NCBI GenBank assembly: GCA_965261395.1
Contig: OZ253462.1
Span: 1,728,001-1,792,000, forward strand
Reading direction: 5' to 3'
DNA length: 64,000 bases
Source of the DNA: Candidatus Latescibacterota bacterium
GTDB taxonomy: Bacteria > Latescibacterota > UBA2968 > UBA8231
This document shows, piece after piece, positions 32,052-41,400 of this stretch. The position numbers and the translations under genes are program-made. The notes under the pieces were generated by a model. It saw only the letters and a program-made list of their open reading frames with translations, did not search any database and was not told the origin of the DNA. How positions within the stretch are numbered: position 1 is the stretch's first letter; each line of letters begins with the position of its first letter.

Positions 32052-32945
32052 ATGCCCATCCACTTCGCTTTCCTCACCGACACTCACCATTACCCCGACG
32101 CCCCCGAAGACTACGGCGCGCCCAAGATGCTCACCCGCAGCCAAGAGGTGCTCGACGCGATACCCCCCGCCCTCAATGCGCAGGCTTTCGACTTTGTCGT
32201 CCACGGCGGCGACTTTCTCTGCGGTGGGTCGTCCTTTGACCTGCCCACCGATACCTATTTGCGCTCGGTTGACGAGGCGGCTACGGCCTTCGCGCGGATT
32301 GAAGCTCCTTTCTATTCAATCCCCGGCAACCACGACTGCGACGCTCAGAGCGGTTCCTTCGCCGGCTTCGCCGCCCGTTTCCCCTATCCCGACCCGCTGA
32401 CCGTTGTCGATGCCGCCCCGCGTCTGCGACTGGCACTGGCCAACGTTTTCCACGGCTGCGATGTCTTTGAGAAAGGGTCTGGCGTCTGGACCGACGCGCT
32501 CGACGAGGCCCTGCGCGCTGCCGCTTCCCAAGCCCTAGCCGATGGCTGTGCCCTGCTGCTCGTCCTCCACACTTGGATTCTGCCCGACTTCGCCTGGGAC
32601 CGTGGCGTGGTGGAAGGCGCGCCTCGTCTAGTCAAAACGCTCGACGAAAGCCCTGCTATCGTCGCCGCCTTCACCGGCCACCGCCACATCAACCGCATCA
32701 CCGCCTACCGCGACTACCTAGTCGTCGATACGGCCTGTCTGATCGGCTTTCCTCTGGGATATCGCAGCGTTGTGCTCTCTGACGATGGCTTTTTCAAGAC
32801 GCGCTTCCACACCCTCGACCTGCCGGATCTGCTGCGAGATTCCTACGACCGCTCGACGCCCGAGGAGAACCAGGTCTGGGAAGGCCACATCTTCGACCGG
32901 GACGTGGACATTCTGCTGCCTCGGCTCAGGGCGCTGTGGAGCTGA
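32052..32945 (+). CDS. calcineurin-like metallophosphoesterase
   Basis: DTH, GGD, GNHD, LH, GHRH motifs. Confidence 0.88.
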   Translation: MPIHFAFLTDTHHYPDAPEDYGAPKMLTRSQEVLDAIPPALNAQAFDFVVHGGDFLCGGSSFDLPTDTYLRSVDEAATAFARIEAPFYSIPGNHDCDAQSGSFAGFAARFPYPDPLTVVDAAPRLRLALANVFHGCDVFEKGSGVWTDALDEALRAAASQALADGCALLLVLHTWILPDFAWDRGVVEGAPRLVKTLDESPAIVAAFTGHRHINRITAYRDYLVVDTACLIGFPLGYRSVVLSDDGFFKTRFHTLDLPDLLRDSYDRSTPEENQVWEGHIFDRDVDILLPRLRALWS

Positions 32946-33070
32946 GTCGCCTACGGCGGATGATTGTCTTGCCAATCGCTTCCTAGCATCTTTAAGGCCC
33001 GTGTAATTGTAGTCTCACAGGCAAATTGGGTGTCTTGCCGAGCGACGCGTTTATGGAAGAGGCCTGCAAC

Positions 33071-33541
33071 ATGACCAAAGCGATCAAATTAAGGGTCAAT
33101 GGGGGAACCCATCGCCTCGATACCGACCCGGACGCGCCGCTTTTGCAAATCCTGCGCAACGACCTTGGGCTCAAAGCCGCTAAGTTCGGCTGCGGCCTAG
33201 AGCAATGCGGTGCCTGCAAAGTGCTGATTGACGGACAAGCCGTGCCCTCCTGTGCCACGCCCGTCTCCGCCGTAGGCGACGCCGAGATCACCACCTTAGA
33301 AGGCCTCGGCACACCCGCTGACCTCCATCCCCTACAACGCGCCTTCATCGCCGAGCAAGCCGCCCAATGCGGCTATTGCAGCGCCGGGTTGATCATCGCC
33401 GCCAAAGCCTTGCTCGATGATAATCCCCATCCCACTCGCGACGATATCTGCCGCGCCCTCGACGTACATATCTGTCGCTGTGGCACCCACAACCGCATTA
33501 TCCGCGCCATACAGCGCGCCGCCCAAGAGATGGCCCCATGA
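33071..33541 (+). CDS. (2Fe-2S)-binding subunit of a xanthine/isoquinoline/nicotinate dehydrogenase family enzyme
   Basis: KFGCGLEQCGAC, QCGYC, CRCG. Confidence 0.92.
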   Translation: MTKAIKLRVNGGTHRLDTDPDAPLLQILRNDLGLKAAKFGCGLEQCGACKVLIDGQAVPSCATPVSAVGDAEITTLEGLGTPADLHPLQRAFIAEQAAQCGYCSAGLIIAAKALLDDNPHPTRDDICRALDVHICRCGTHNRIIRAIQRAAQEMAP

Positions 33542-35682
33542 GCATCGACCCCCTCATTCGCTTCGACCCCGACGGTCAAGTGATACTCAAAGTCGCCCAT
33601 GTCGAGATCGGCCAGGGCATTCTGACCGCGGTCGCGCAAATCGCCGCCGAGGAGTTGGACGTTGACTTCGCGCGGATCCGCGTTGAGCGCGCCGACACCG
33701 AGCACACGCCCACTGCCTCCTACACCGCCGGCAGCAACTCAATCCAGACCGTCGGCTCAGCCTTCCGCCAAGCCGCCGCGGCCGCGCGACATCTATTATT
33801 AGCCAAAGCCGCCGCGGCATTAGAGGTCCCCGTCGAAAATCTCGACATCACAGATGGTACCATCAGCGATGGCAATAACGATACGACCTATTGGGCTCTA
33901 CAAGGCGGCCAGCTCTTCGGCGCGACCGAGCCTGGCATCGGCCAGCCCAAATCACCCACCGACTACACCCTCGTCGGCCGGTCGCTACCGCGCCTCGACC
34001 TACCGGCCAAAATCGCCGGCACCCCTTCGTTCGTGCACGACTTGGATCTGCCCGACATGGTGCATGGTCGCGTGATCCGCCCTCCGACTTACGCCTCTAC
34101 CTTGGCGACCTTAGACCAAGGCTGCGCCGCCGCCCTGCCCGGCGTCCTCGCTATAATCCGCGACGGCTCTTTCATAGGCGTGTTAGCCGAGCGCGAAGAG
34201 CAAGCCGAAAAAGCCGCCGCCGCGCTGCGTCAAAACGCGCGCTGGCATCCAGCCCCGCTGTCCTCGTCAGACGCGCTCTACACCGACCTGCTCGCCAAAC
34301 CGTCCGCAGACTTCCTCGTCGTCGACGGCGTTCCGCGGAACGGGCCCGTTCCGCTGATCGAAGCCCCGCCCCGCGCCGTGCAAACCCTCGACGCAACCTA
34401 TTACCGCCCCTATCACATGCACGCGGCCTTGGGGCCGGCCGCCGCCGCGGCCCTGTGGCAGGACGACCACCTCAAGGTCTGGAGCCATACCCAAGGCGTC
34501 TATCCCTTGCGCGGCTCTCTCGCTTCCGCCCTCGGCTTAACCGACGAGCAAGTCCGCGTCCTCCACCGCGAAGGCCCCGGCTGCTACGGCCACAACGGCG
34601 CCGACGACGTAGCCCTTGACGCCGCGCTTCTAGCCCGCGCCTTGCCCGGCCGCCCCGTGCTGCTCAAATGGTCGCGCGCCGACGAGCACGCTTGGGAGGC
34701 TTATGGCTCCGCCATGGTCGTCAAGACCCAGGCCAGTCTCGACGCCGCGAGCCAGGTCTGCGATTGGAATCACGACGCCTATAGCTACTCCCATTCGAGC
34801 CGCCCCAGGCCAATCGACGGTGCCTCCAACCTGCTCGCCGCCCGCTATCTCGCCGACCCGCTGCCCCCACCGACACCCAGCCCCGGCAAGGGCTCCCACG
34901 GCGGCATCCACCGCAACGCCGACCCGCTCTACGCCTTTGCTCACCGCCGCGTCGTCAAGCACTTCGTGCCCGACTCGCCGCTGCGCACCTCGCCGCTGCG
35001 CACCTCGCCGCTGCGCACCTCGGCGCTCCGAGGATTGGGTGCCTTCGCCAATGTCTTCGCCATCGAATCCTTTATGGACGAACTGGCTTATGCCGCTGCC
35101 GCCGACCCCGTAGAATTCCGCCTGCGCCACCTCGAAGACCCGCGCGCCCGCGCTGTCATCGAAGCCGCCGCCACAGAAGCCAACTGGCGTTCCGGAGTAC
35201 GCGGCAACGGTCGGGGCCGCGGCCAGGGCCTCGGTTTTGCCCAATACAAAAACGCCAAGTGCTATGTCGCCGTCGTCTTCGCTGTCGCGGTAGATACAGC
35301 AAGCGGTCAGATCCACCTCGAAAACGCCGCCATAGCCGGCGACGCCGGCCAAATCGTCAACCCCGACGGCCTGGCCAACCAGCTCGAAGGCGGCGTGCTA
35401 CAGGCCGCTAGTTGGACCCTCAAAGAACAGGTGCAATACGGCCCCGACGGCATCACCAGCCGCGATTGGGAGACGTACCCCGTCTTGCACTTTGCAGAAA
35501 TCCCCCCCGTCTCGGTCAAACTGCTCGACCAACCCGGCTCGCCCAGCCTCGGCAGCGGCGAAGCCGCCCAGGGGCCGACACCCGCCGCCATCGCCAACGC
35601 GGTCTTCGATGCCGCAGGGGTGCGATTGCGCCAAATGCCCTTTACGCCGGAGCGCGTCGGGGCCGCGTTGCGGGAACTATAA
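33538..35682 (+). CDS. molybdopterin-binding subunit, xanthine dehydrogenase family (IorB/NicB-like)
   Basis: VEIGQGI, GCYGHNGADD, LRGLG, ESFMDELA, QLEGG, GSGEAAQGPT.AAIANA. Confidence 0.9.
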   Translation: MSIDPLIRFDPDGQVILKVAHVEIGQGILTAVAQIAAEELDVDFARIRVERADTEHTPTASYTAGSNSIQTVGSAFRQAAAAARHLLLAKAAAALEVPVENLDITDGTISDGNNDTTYWALQGGQLFGATEPGIGQPKSPTDYTLVGRSLPRLDLPAKIAGTPSFVHDLDLPDMVHGRVIRPPTYASTLATLDQGCAAALPGVLAIIRDGSFIGVLAEREEQAEKAAAALRQNARWHPAPLSSSDALYTDLLAKPSADFLVVDGVPRNGPVPLIEAPPRAVQTLDATYYRPYHMHAALGPAAAAALWQDDHLKVWSHTQGVYPLRGSLASALGLTDEQVRVLHREGPGCYGHNGADDVALDAALLARALPGRPVLLKWSRADEHAWEAYGSAMVVKTQASLDAASQVCDWNHDAYSYSHSSRPRPIDGASNLLAARYLADPLPPPTPSPGKGSHGGIHRNADPLYAFAHRRVVKHFVPDSPLRTSPLRTSPLRTSALRGLGAFANVFAIESFMDELAYAAAADPVEFRLRHLEDPRARAVIEAAATEANWRSGVRGNGRGRGQGLGFAQYKNAKCYVAVVFAVAVDTASGQIHLENAAIAGDAGQIVNPDGLANQLEGGVLQAASWTLKEQVQYGPDGITSRDWETYPVLHFAEIPPVSVKLLDQPGSPSLGSGEAAQGPTPAAIANAVFDAAGVRLRQMPFTPERVGAALREL
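34974..35022 (+). repeat. 15-bp tandem repeat x3 plus a partial copy, in frame (SPLRT)3
   Basis: CTCGCCGCTGCGCAC at 34974, 34989 and 35004. Confidence 0.95.
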
Positions 35683-35717
35683 AATTCCCATCACATCTTT
35701 CTCTGAGGAGTAATCCC

Positions 35718-36524
35718 ATGAGCCGCGATCTTCCCCGGACAATGTTAGGCCGCACCAATCTCGAGGTTACCCGATTCGGCATCGGCGGCACGTATTGCGA
35801 GTCGGTCGATGGGTATAGGGCGGCGCTCGATTGTGGCGTCAACTACGTCGATACGGCACGCAGCTATCAGGGCGGTGAAGACGAGAAGTTGATCGGCCAA
35901 GCGATCGAGGGCCGGCGTCACGGTCTCATCGTAGCCAGCAAATCCGCGCGGCGCGACGCCGCAGGGGCGTGCCAAGAGTTGCAAACCTCTTTGCGTGCGC
36001 TCAAAACAGACTACCTCGATATTTTCCAGCTCCACCATTTAAACACTGAAGAAGAACGCAACCAAGCGCTGGCCCCCGGCGGAGCATTAGAAGCCGCCCA
36101 ACAAGCCCGCGAAGAAGGCCTAGTGCGCTTTATCGGCGTCACCGGACACGATTGGGTGCAAGTTGAACAGGCGGTCCGCACCGGTCATTTTGATACCGTA
36201 CTTTGCTGGTATAATTGCGCGATGAAAGAGCCGGAAGAAACGGTTTTTCCCGCAGCACAGGCCGCCAATACCGGCGTGGTGATCATGAACGCCTCGCGCA
36301 ACGAGCGGTTGCTAAAAGGTCCCGGCGCGCCCGCCCCTGAACAATTCTATCGCTACGTGCTCAGTCACGACGCCGTGCATACCACGGTCATGGGTTTGCG
36401 CAATGTCGATCTCTTCGCACAAGTTGCCGCTGGTTTGGCAGAGCGCGAGATACTCACGCCCCAAGAGCGGGCTGAGCTTGAATCCTATGGAGCACAACAG
36501 CGGGCGTCCGGGGTGCTGGAATAA
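35718..36524 (+). CDS. aldo/keto reductase
   Basis: LGRTNLEVT, GVNYVDTARSY, ASK, DYLDIFQLH, RFIGVTGH; RBS GAGGAG. Confidence 0.9.
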   Translation: MSRDLPRTMLGRTNLEVTRFGIGGTYCESVDGYRAALDCGVNYVDTARSYQGGEDEKLIGQAIEGRRHGLIVASKSARRDAAGACQELQTSLRALKTDYLDIFQLHHLNTEEERNQALAPGGALEAAQQAREEGLVRFIGVTGHDWVQVEQAVRTGHFDTVLCWYNCAMKEPEETVFPAAQAANTGVVIMNASRNERLLKGPGAPAPEQFYRYVLSHDAVHTTVMGLRNVDLFAQVAAGLAEREILTPQERAELESYGAQQRASGVLE

Positions 36525-36567
36525 GTGCCAACAGCGAGAACTGGATGGTTAAGCCGTTCACTGGTAA

Positions 36568-38319
36568 AACCGGCTGCGCTCGGCTCGCAAATGCTTACAA
36601 AAGGAGATGTTGAAGATGTGGATAGGATGCAGCGGCCCCATCAATGGCTGGCGATAAAGGCATTGAGAAACGGCAAGAGCATACCCACCAATCCCCCCAG
36701 TACCGCCCCCAGCAAATTGATATAGCGCAATTGGTCGCTGATGATATCCTTGATCAGACGCTCCACCCGCAACAAGTCGAACTTCATAATCTTGGCGTAT
36801 ACCATGCTTTGGATATCGAATCGTTCAATCAGTACGGGTACATTCACCTCCAGTAGCTTTGTCGCCTTTTCCTGTGTCCACTGAATCAGCGCTTGCTCAT
36901 CATCTCGTCCTAGGCCGGTCCACTCCCGCAACGGCGCGCGACTGTGCTGTAGGCGTTCCCGCAAGAAAGTGCTCAACAGCACACTCCAGGGTTCAATCTT
37001 ATCGCGGGGCAACCGCAACGCCTTTGACAAGCGCTGGCGCATGGTGCGTCGCACCCCCTCTGGCACCCCCTCGTCGAGTTGACGCTTGCTGTGCTGATGG
37101 TACTGGAGGCGCAAAAAGCTCCCCAGTGCTTCCTGCGCCTCCACGCTCGAAATCCAAGTCGCAGTAATAGAACCGACGCGCTGGGCCAAAACATGGCGGT
37201 GATCTCCTACCACCTCTACTACTGGCTTGCGCAATAAGGCGTTGACACTATCGAGTAGCTGCCTAGCGATCTGCTCCCGAACTTCCTCGCTGTGCAAGTA
37301 CTCTCGGGCCAATCGGGGAATGCGCTGGTGCAATGCTTGGGTGATCTCTTCCCGGAAAAAGTGCAATCCCAAATTGGTAATGAGACTCTTGAGCCAATTC
37401 GCTTGTCCGGCGTATGTCTCCAGAGCGTTTAAGATTCGCTCGACCAGAGACTCCACATTCTCGGGATCCCTCAGCCAGCGGGCTATACGCTCCAGTATTT
37501 CTGGGATTTCGCGCTGCAAACGGTCGTGCAATACATCGCGCAATTCCGCAGGGAGGATTTGCTCTATCGGCGTATCCGATCCGAGATAGCCTTCCAATCG
37601 CTCCTGCAGGGAATGCGTCAGGTGCTCTCGCGTTTCCCGCTTGGCCAATACGCCGCTAACCGCGGAAATGAATTCATCGAGCTGTTCTGCCGACAGCACC
37701 TGTCCGACTTGCAACTCGCCCAAGCGTGCTTCCAGCGCGTCCAAAAGCCACTGCTTTAACTCCAGTCCCGATTCGCTTTCGCTCCAATCGGCGATCCATT
37801 TGAGCAATCGTCGCGTTGTTTTATCCAAGCCCTCCTCGCGCCAGTCCGGCGGCAATTGAGCAAAGCCAGAGGCCAGACTGGCACTTAATAACCGATCTAT
37901 CTGAACGGCGACAAAGCGATGCAAACTCTCCTGCAAAGTCGCGTTCTGTAGCTGCTCTAACAAATAGTCTCGAGCCAATAAATCGGTCCCCACAACCTTG
38001 GAGATATTGCTGGCTAGTTTCTCCTTATTGCGCGGAATAACCCCTTGCCAGCCTAGGCTGTACCAGCGCGGTCGCAGTGGACGGAACAGCGACTTGATGG
38101 CCAGCCAGTTGGTGCCAAAACCGATTAGTGCCCCCAGCGCGGCGCTGGCGACGATTTGGCTTGCAGTGATCAATAGGAAATCTCCTATTTATATCGTTTT
38201 TAATTGGGGACAAAAATCGAGGTTGAAACCCACAGCGAAACTTGGGCCTGTCCGCGGCGACGGTCAACAACCGGCTGCGCTCAGCTCGCAAACACCTACG
38301 CAAGGAGATGCTGAAGATG
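36568..38319 (+). repeat. 51-bp imperfect direct repeat (36568-36618 and 38269-38319) flanking the DUF445 gene
   Basis: AACCGGCTGCGCTCGGCTCGCAAATGCTTACAAAAGGAGATGTTGAAGATG vs AACCGGCTGCGCTCAGCTCGCAAACACCTACGCAAGGAGATGCTGAAGATG, 44/51 by hand. Confidence 0.85.
36641..38173 (-). CDS. DUF445 (YheB-like) membrane protein
   Basis: GALIGFGTNWLAIKSLFRP...QGVIPRNK; C-terminal LRYINLLGAVLGGLVG. Confidence 0.88.
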   Translation of the reverse strand: MITASQIVASAALGALIGFGTNWLAIKSLFRPLRPRWYSLGWQGVIPRNKEKLASNISKVVGTDLLARDYLLEQLQNATLQESLHRFVAVQIDRLLSASLASGFAQLPPDWREEGLDKTTRRLLKWIADWSESESGLELKQWLLDALEARLGELQVGQVLSAEQLDEFISAVSGVLAKRETREHLTHSLQERLEGYLGSDTPIEQILPAELRDVLHDRLQREIPEILERIARWLRDPENVESLVERILNALETYAGQANWLKSLITNLGLHFFREEITQALHQRIPRLAREYLHSEEVREQIARQLLDSVNALLRKPVVEVVGDHRHVLAQRVGSITATWISSVEAQEALGSFLRLQYHQHSKRQLDEGVPEGVRRTMRQRLSKALRLPRDKIEPWSVLLSTFLRERLQHSRAPLREWTGLGRDDEQALIQWTQEKATKLLEVNVPVLIERFDIQSMVYAKIMKFDLLRVERLIKDIISDQLRYINLLGAVLGGLVGMLLPFLNAFIASH

Positions 38320-40014
38320 GCTAAACGGGAATTGCCGGGACAGGCCCCTTCGCGCGACGAGCGCTTCGCGCAGCGGGTCGCGCATCTGCTCCAGCCCGAA
38401 GACATGAAGACTGAGCACTACCAATACGGAATCGAGGCCGTGGACGGGCATCAGGCATGGGCGCTCTTTTGCGCCAGCGGGGCCGGCGATCTGGCGCGGG
38501 TCAGCGCGTTGCTCGACCGCGACCCCAAATTGGTCAACGCCCAGTACTGGTACCAGTTTCCCATCCACATGGCAGTGCGCGAGGGCCATGCCGAGGTGGT
38601 CCAGCTATTGTTGCAGGCTGGGGCCGATCCGGGCCAGTCGCGCTATACCTATAATTCGTGGGACAAGCTACTAGCCATCGCCGAGGAGCGCGGCTATGGG
38701 GAGATGCAGGCGCTGCTGGTGGCGGCGATGCGCGAGCGCTTTGGCTACGATCCGGGTTTTGTCGCGCTGGCCGAGGCCATCAAAGGCCGCGACCGAGCGC
38801 GGGTCGAGGCGGTGCTATCCGAGCATCCCGACTTTATCCGCGCCGCCGACGCGCTGGGCAATGGGCCGCTGCACTGGGCGGCGCTGACGCGGCAAAACGA
38901 CTTGGTGGATTTCTTTGTCGCACGGGGTGCCGACCTCGAAGCCCGCCGCGCCGATGGCCAGACTCCGCTGTTGGTCTCGCTCAACGGCGACTACTGGTTT
39001 CGGACGCGCGATCTGCCGGCGGAAGCGCCGCAAGACCCGTGGGTTATCACCCGCCACTTGCTCGCTTGCGGCGCGGAGTACGCCCTGAGCATCGCCTGTG
39101 CGGCCGGCGATGAAGACCGCGTCAATCCGGTGCTGGCGGCCGATCCGGCCCATGCCCGCACCCTCGATGCCGGATGGCGCAGCCCGTTGTCCTATGCCGC
39201 TTGCAACGGTCATACCCGAATCGTCGAAAAACTGCTGGACTTGGGTGCTGATCCCAACCGGCCCGAAGAAAACGCGCCGCGCGGCGGAGCGCTCTTCGGC
39301 GCTTGCGCGGGCAACCACTTGGAGACGGCGAAACTGCTTCTCGAACGCGGTGCCGATCCCAACGCCGGGGTGGACTCTTCGGGCTCGTGCTTGACCATTG
39401 TCGAGGTCAGGCACGGCAAGAAAGGCCAACAAATGCAGGCCCTGTTGCGCGAACACGGTGCCGTGATGCCGCCGTTTGCCATGGACGACGCGGCGCTGGA
39501 ACGGGCTATGCGTGAGGGGGAGGCTCCCGTTGCGCACCCACAATTCTTGCACGAATTGATGGGACGGGACAATCCCGCGCTCATTGGCGTCTTCTTGGAA
39601 ATCACGCCGGATGTAGGCGACCTGTTTCAACTGACCGACATCTGGGGCGGCAACTACCCTTCAGACCCCGATACAATCCGCGCCTTGGCCGACCGCGGCC
39701 TCGACCTACATCGCGCCAACTGGATCGGCCGCACCTTTCTGCACGGCTGTGCGGAAAAGGGCGATGTGGCGGCGGCTCGCGTCTTTTTGGAATTGGGGGC
39801 CGATATAGAGGCGGTCGAGTTGGAATACGGGGGGACGCCTTTAGCCGCTGCGGTGCGCAAGGGGCAGGCGGAGATGGTGCGGTTTCTATTGGAGCAAGGC
39901 ACCGATCCGGCCGCGCCGGCCGAGTCACCTTGGGCGCAGCCGCTTTATTGGGCGGAGAAGGAAGGGCATGGGGAAGTGGCGGCGCTACTCAAAGGCGGGG
40001 AAGGCGCTGCTTGA
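38317..40014 (+). CDS. ankyrin repeat protein, preceded by an in-frame sigma-70 region-4 remnant (38242-38316)
   Basis: Multiple G.TPLH.A/LL..GAD.N ankyrin repeats; upstream in-frame LGLSAATVNNRLRSARKHLR; RBS AAGGAG at 38302-38307. Confidence 0.85.
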   Translation: MAKRELPGQAPSRDERFAQRVAHLLQPEDMKTEHYQYGIEAVDGHQAWALFCASGAGDLARVSALLDRDPKLVNAQYWYQFPIHMAVREGHAEVVQLLLQAGADPGQSRYTYNSWDKLLAIAEERGYGEMQALLVAAMRERFGYDPGFVALAEAIKGRDRARVEAVLSEHPDFIRAADALGNGPLHWAALTRQNDLVDFFVARGADLEARRADGQTPLLVSLNGDYWFRTRDLPAEAPQDPWVITRHLLACGAEYALSIACAAGDEDRVNPVLAADPAHARTLDAGWRSPLSYAACNGHTRIVEKLLDLGADPNRPEENAPRGGALFGACAGNHLETAKLLLERGADPNAGVDSSGSCLTIVEVRHGKKGQQMQALLREHGAVMPPFAMDDAALERAMREGEAPVAHPQFLHELMGRDNPALIGVFLEITPDVGDLFQLTDIWGGNYPSDPDTIRALADRGLDLHRANWIGRTFLHGCAEKGDVAAARVFLELGADIEAVELEYGGTPLAAAVRKGQAEMVRFLLEQGTDPAAPAESPWAQPLYWAEKEGHGEVAALLKGGEGAA

Positions 40015-40016
40015 GG

Positions 40017-40700
40017 TTAGAGCGTTATCGTCCACCAGTGGTACTCTCCCTTTAATTCTGCTTGATCTAGCAATGCAGCGTCCAGACGGGACGGATCGGC
40101 GATCAGGGCACCGCTGGGGCCGCGACCCTCTCGGGCGCAATAGGCGCGGGCCTGTTGCACGGCACGGCGCTGAGTCTCTGGGCTAGCGTCGGCAAGCCCT
40201 TCGAGCCACACGCCGCGATAAGTGATAGTATCGACCGGCAGCAGGCGGACGGGATCGGTCTTGCCGTTGGCGGCACTTGCTTGCGGTGGCCAGATATAGA
40301 GGCTGTATGAGCGCCGCTCGGTTGCATAGCCGCAGTGGGCAAAGCAGCTCTGGCTCGGTGCGTTGTCGGCGCGGATGAGCGCGCGCGACAGGCGAAATCC
40401 ATGGCGGCGGGCTGTCGTCCAGGTTGACTCGATCAAATGTCGGCCATAGCCGCGGCCTTGGCTTTGCGGATGGACGGCAAGGCTATCGACAAACCAAGGG
40501 TTGTCTGCCGCGCCGTCTAGGGAGAAGGCGGAAACAAAGCCGGCGACTTCGTCCCCTTCGACAGCGACGTGGAGGTCAATGGTGGGGTCGGCGATCTGGC
40601 GTAGGCAAACTTCGGGTTCGATCTGCTCCGCGAAGGCTGCCTCGCAGACCCAGGCGATGCCGGAGATATCGCTTGCGGTGGCGTGGCAGACAGCACGCAT
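40017..40700 (-). CDS. GNAT family N-acetyltransferase
   Basis: LAVHPQSQGRGYG acetyl-CoA motif; DNAPS. Confidence 0.85.
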   Translation of the reverse strand: MRAVCHATASDISGIAWVCEAAFAEQIEPEVCLRQIADPTIDLHVAVEGDEVAGFVSAFSLDGAADNPWFVDSLAVHPQSQGRGYGRHLIESTWTTARRHGFRLSRALIRADNAPSQSCFAHCGYATERRSYSLYIWPPQASAANGKTDPVRLLPVDTITYRGVWLEGLADASPETQRRAVQQARAYCAREGRGPSGALIADPSRLDAALLDQAELKGEYHWWTITL

Positions 40701-40781
40701 TAAGAAATCATGATTTCGTCGGTTCTTCGTGCTTTCCCCGTCTGGTCCAGTGCCGGGGCAAAAATCGTCGGGTCGAGCTTC

Positions 40782-41390
40782 TTACGGAATGGGTGCGGGC
40801 GTAGGATGCAGATTCGCAATTCGCTCAATGAGTCCCGGTCGTTCCTTTAAGCGAGCATATTCACGGGAATCTGGCTCGAGCCCAGCGGCAAGGTCTAGTC
40901 CTCGTTCTGCTTCCCGCTGGAGGAATGAGCTAATCTGACGGACGGCCCAAGCCACAGGGTCCCCATCCTGTGGGCTATGAAAGGCAGCGCGGTCGCGGAT
41001 AGATTGCCAGACTGAACGCAGAACCCGCTCCTCGTCTTGTCGGAGAAAGAACAGCGGTAGAACAATGGTTTGGAGATCTCCGCCGGCCTCGCGCAGATTT
41101 TCTTCTAATAGATAGGCCCACACGAGTTCCACTATCCCCCAGCCTCGTGGCTGATCCAGCATTGCATTGGTTACGAGGAAAACGGTATGACGACATTTCA
41201 ACACTCCGTCCCGAAGTGCCTTGAGCGAAGGGCGACCGTATGGATAATCGTGACGATCAACCCAAGGGATGATGGCTTCTTGGCGCAATGATTCGTATAA
41301 AGGGTCTATCAGCCATTCCATATCCTCGCGACAGTGGGATAGAAACACGTGATAGGCACACTTAGGGAAAGACTGGAGCTGCCAGAACAC
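40782..41390 (-). CDS. TIR domain protein
   Basis: HVFLSHCRED, PWVD, VFLVT, RGWGIVEL (putative catalytic Glu), VLPLFF. Confidence 0.8.
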   Translation of the reverse strand: MFWQLQSFPKCAYHVFLSHCREDMEWLIDPLYESLRQEAIIPWVDRHDYPYGRPSLKALRDGVLKCRHTVFLVTNAMLDQPRGWGIVELVWAYLLEENLREAGGDLQTIVLPLFFLRQDEERVLRSVWQSIRDRAAFHSPQDGDPVAWAVRQISSFLQREAERGLDLAAGLEPDSREYARLKERPGLIERIANLHPTPAPIP

Positions 41391-41400
41391 GACTGCTTTT

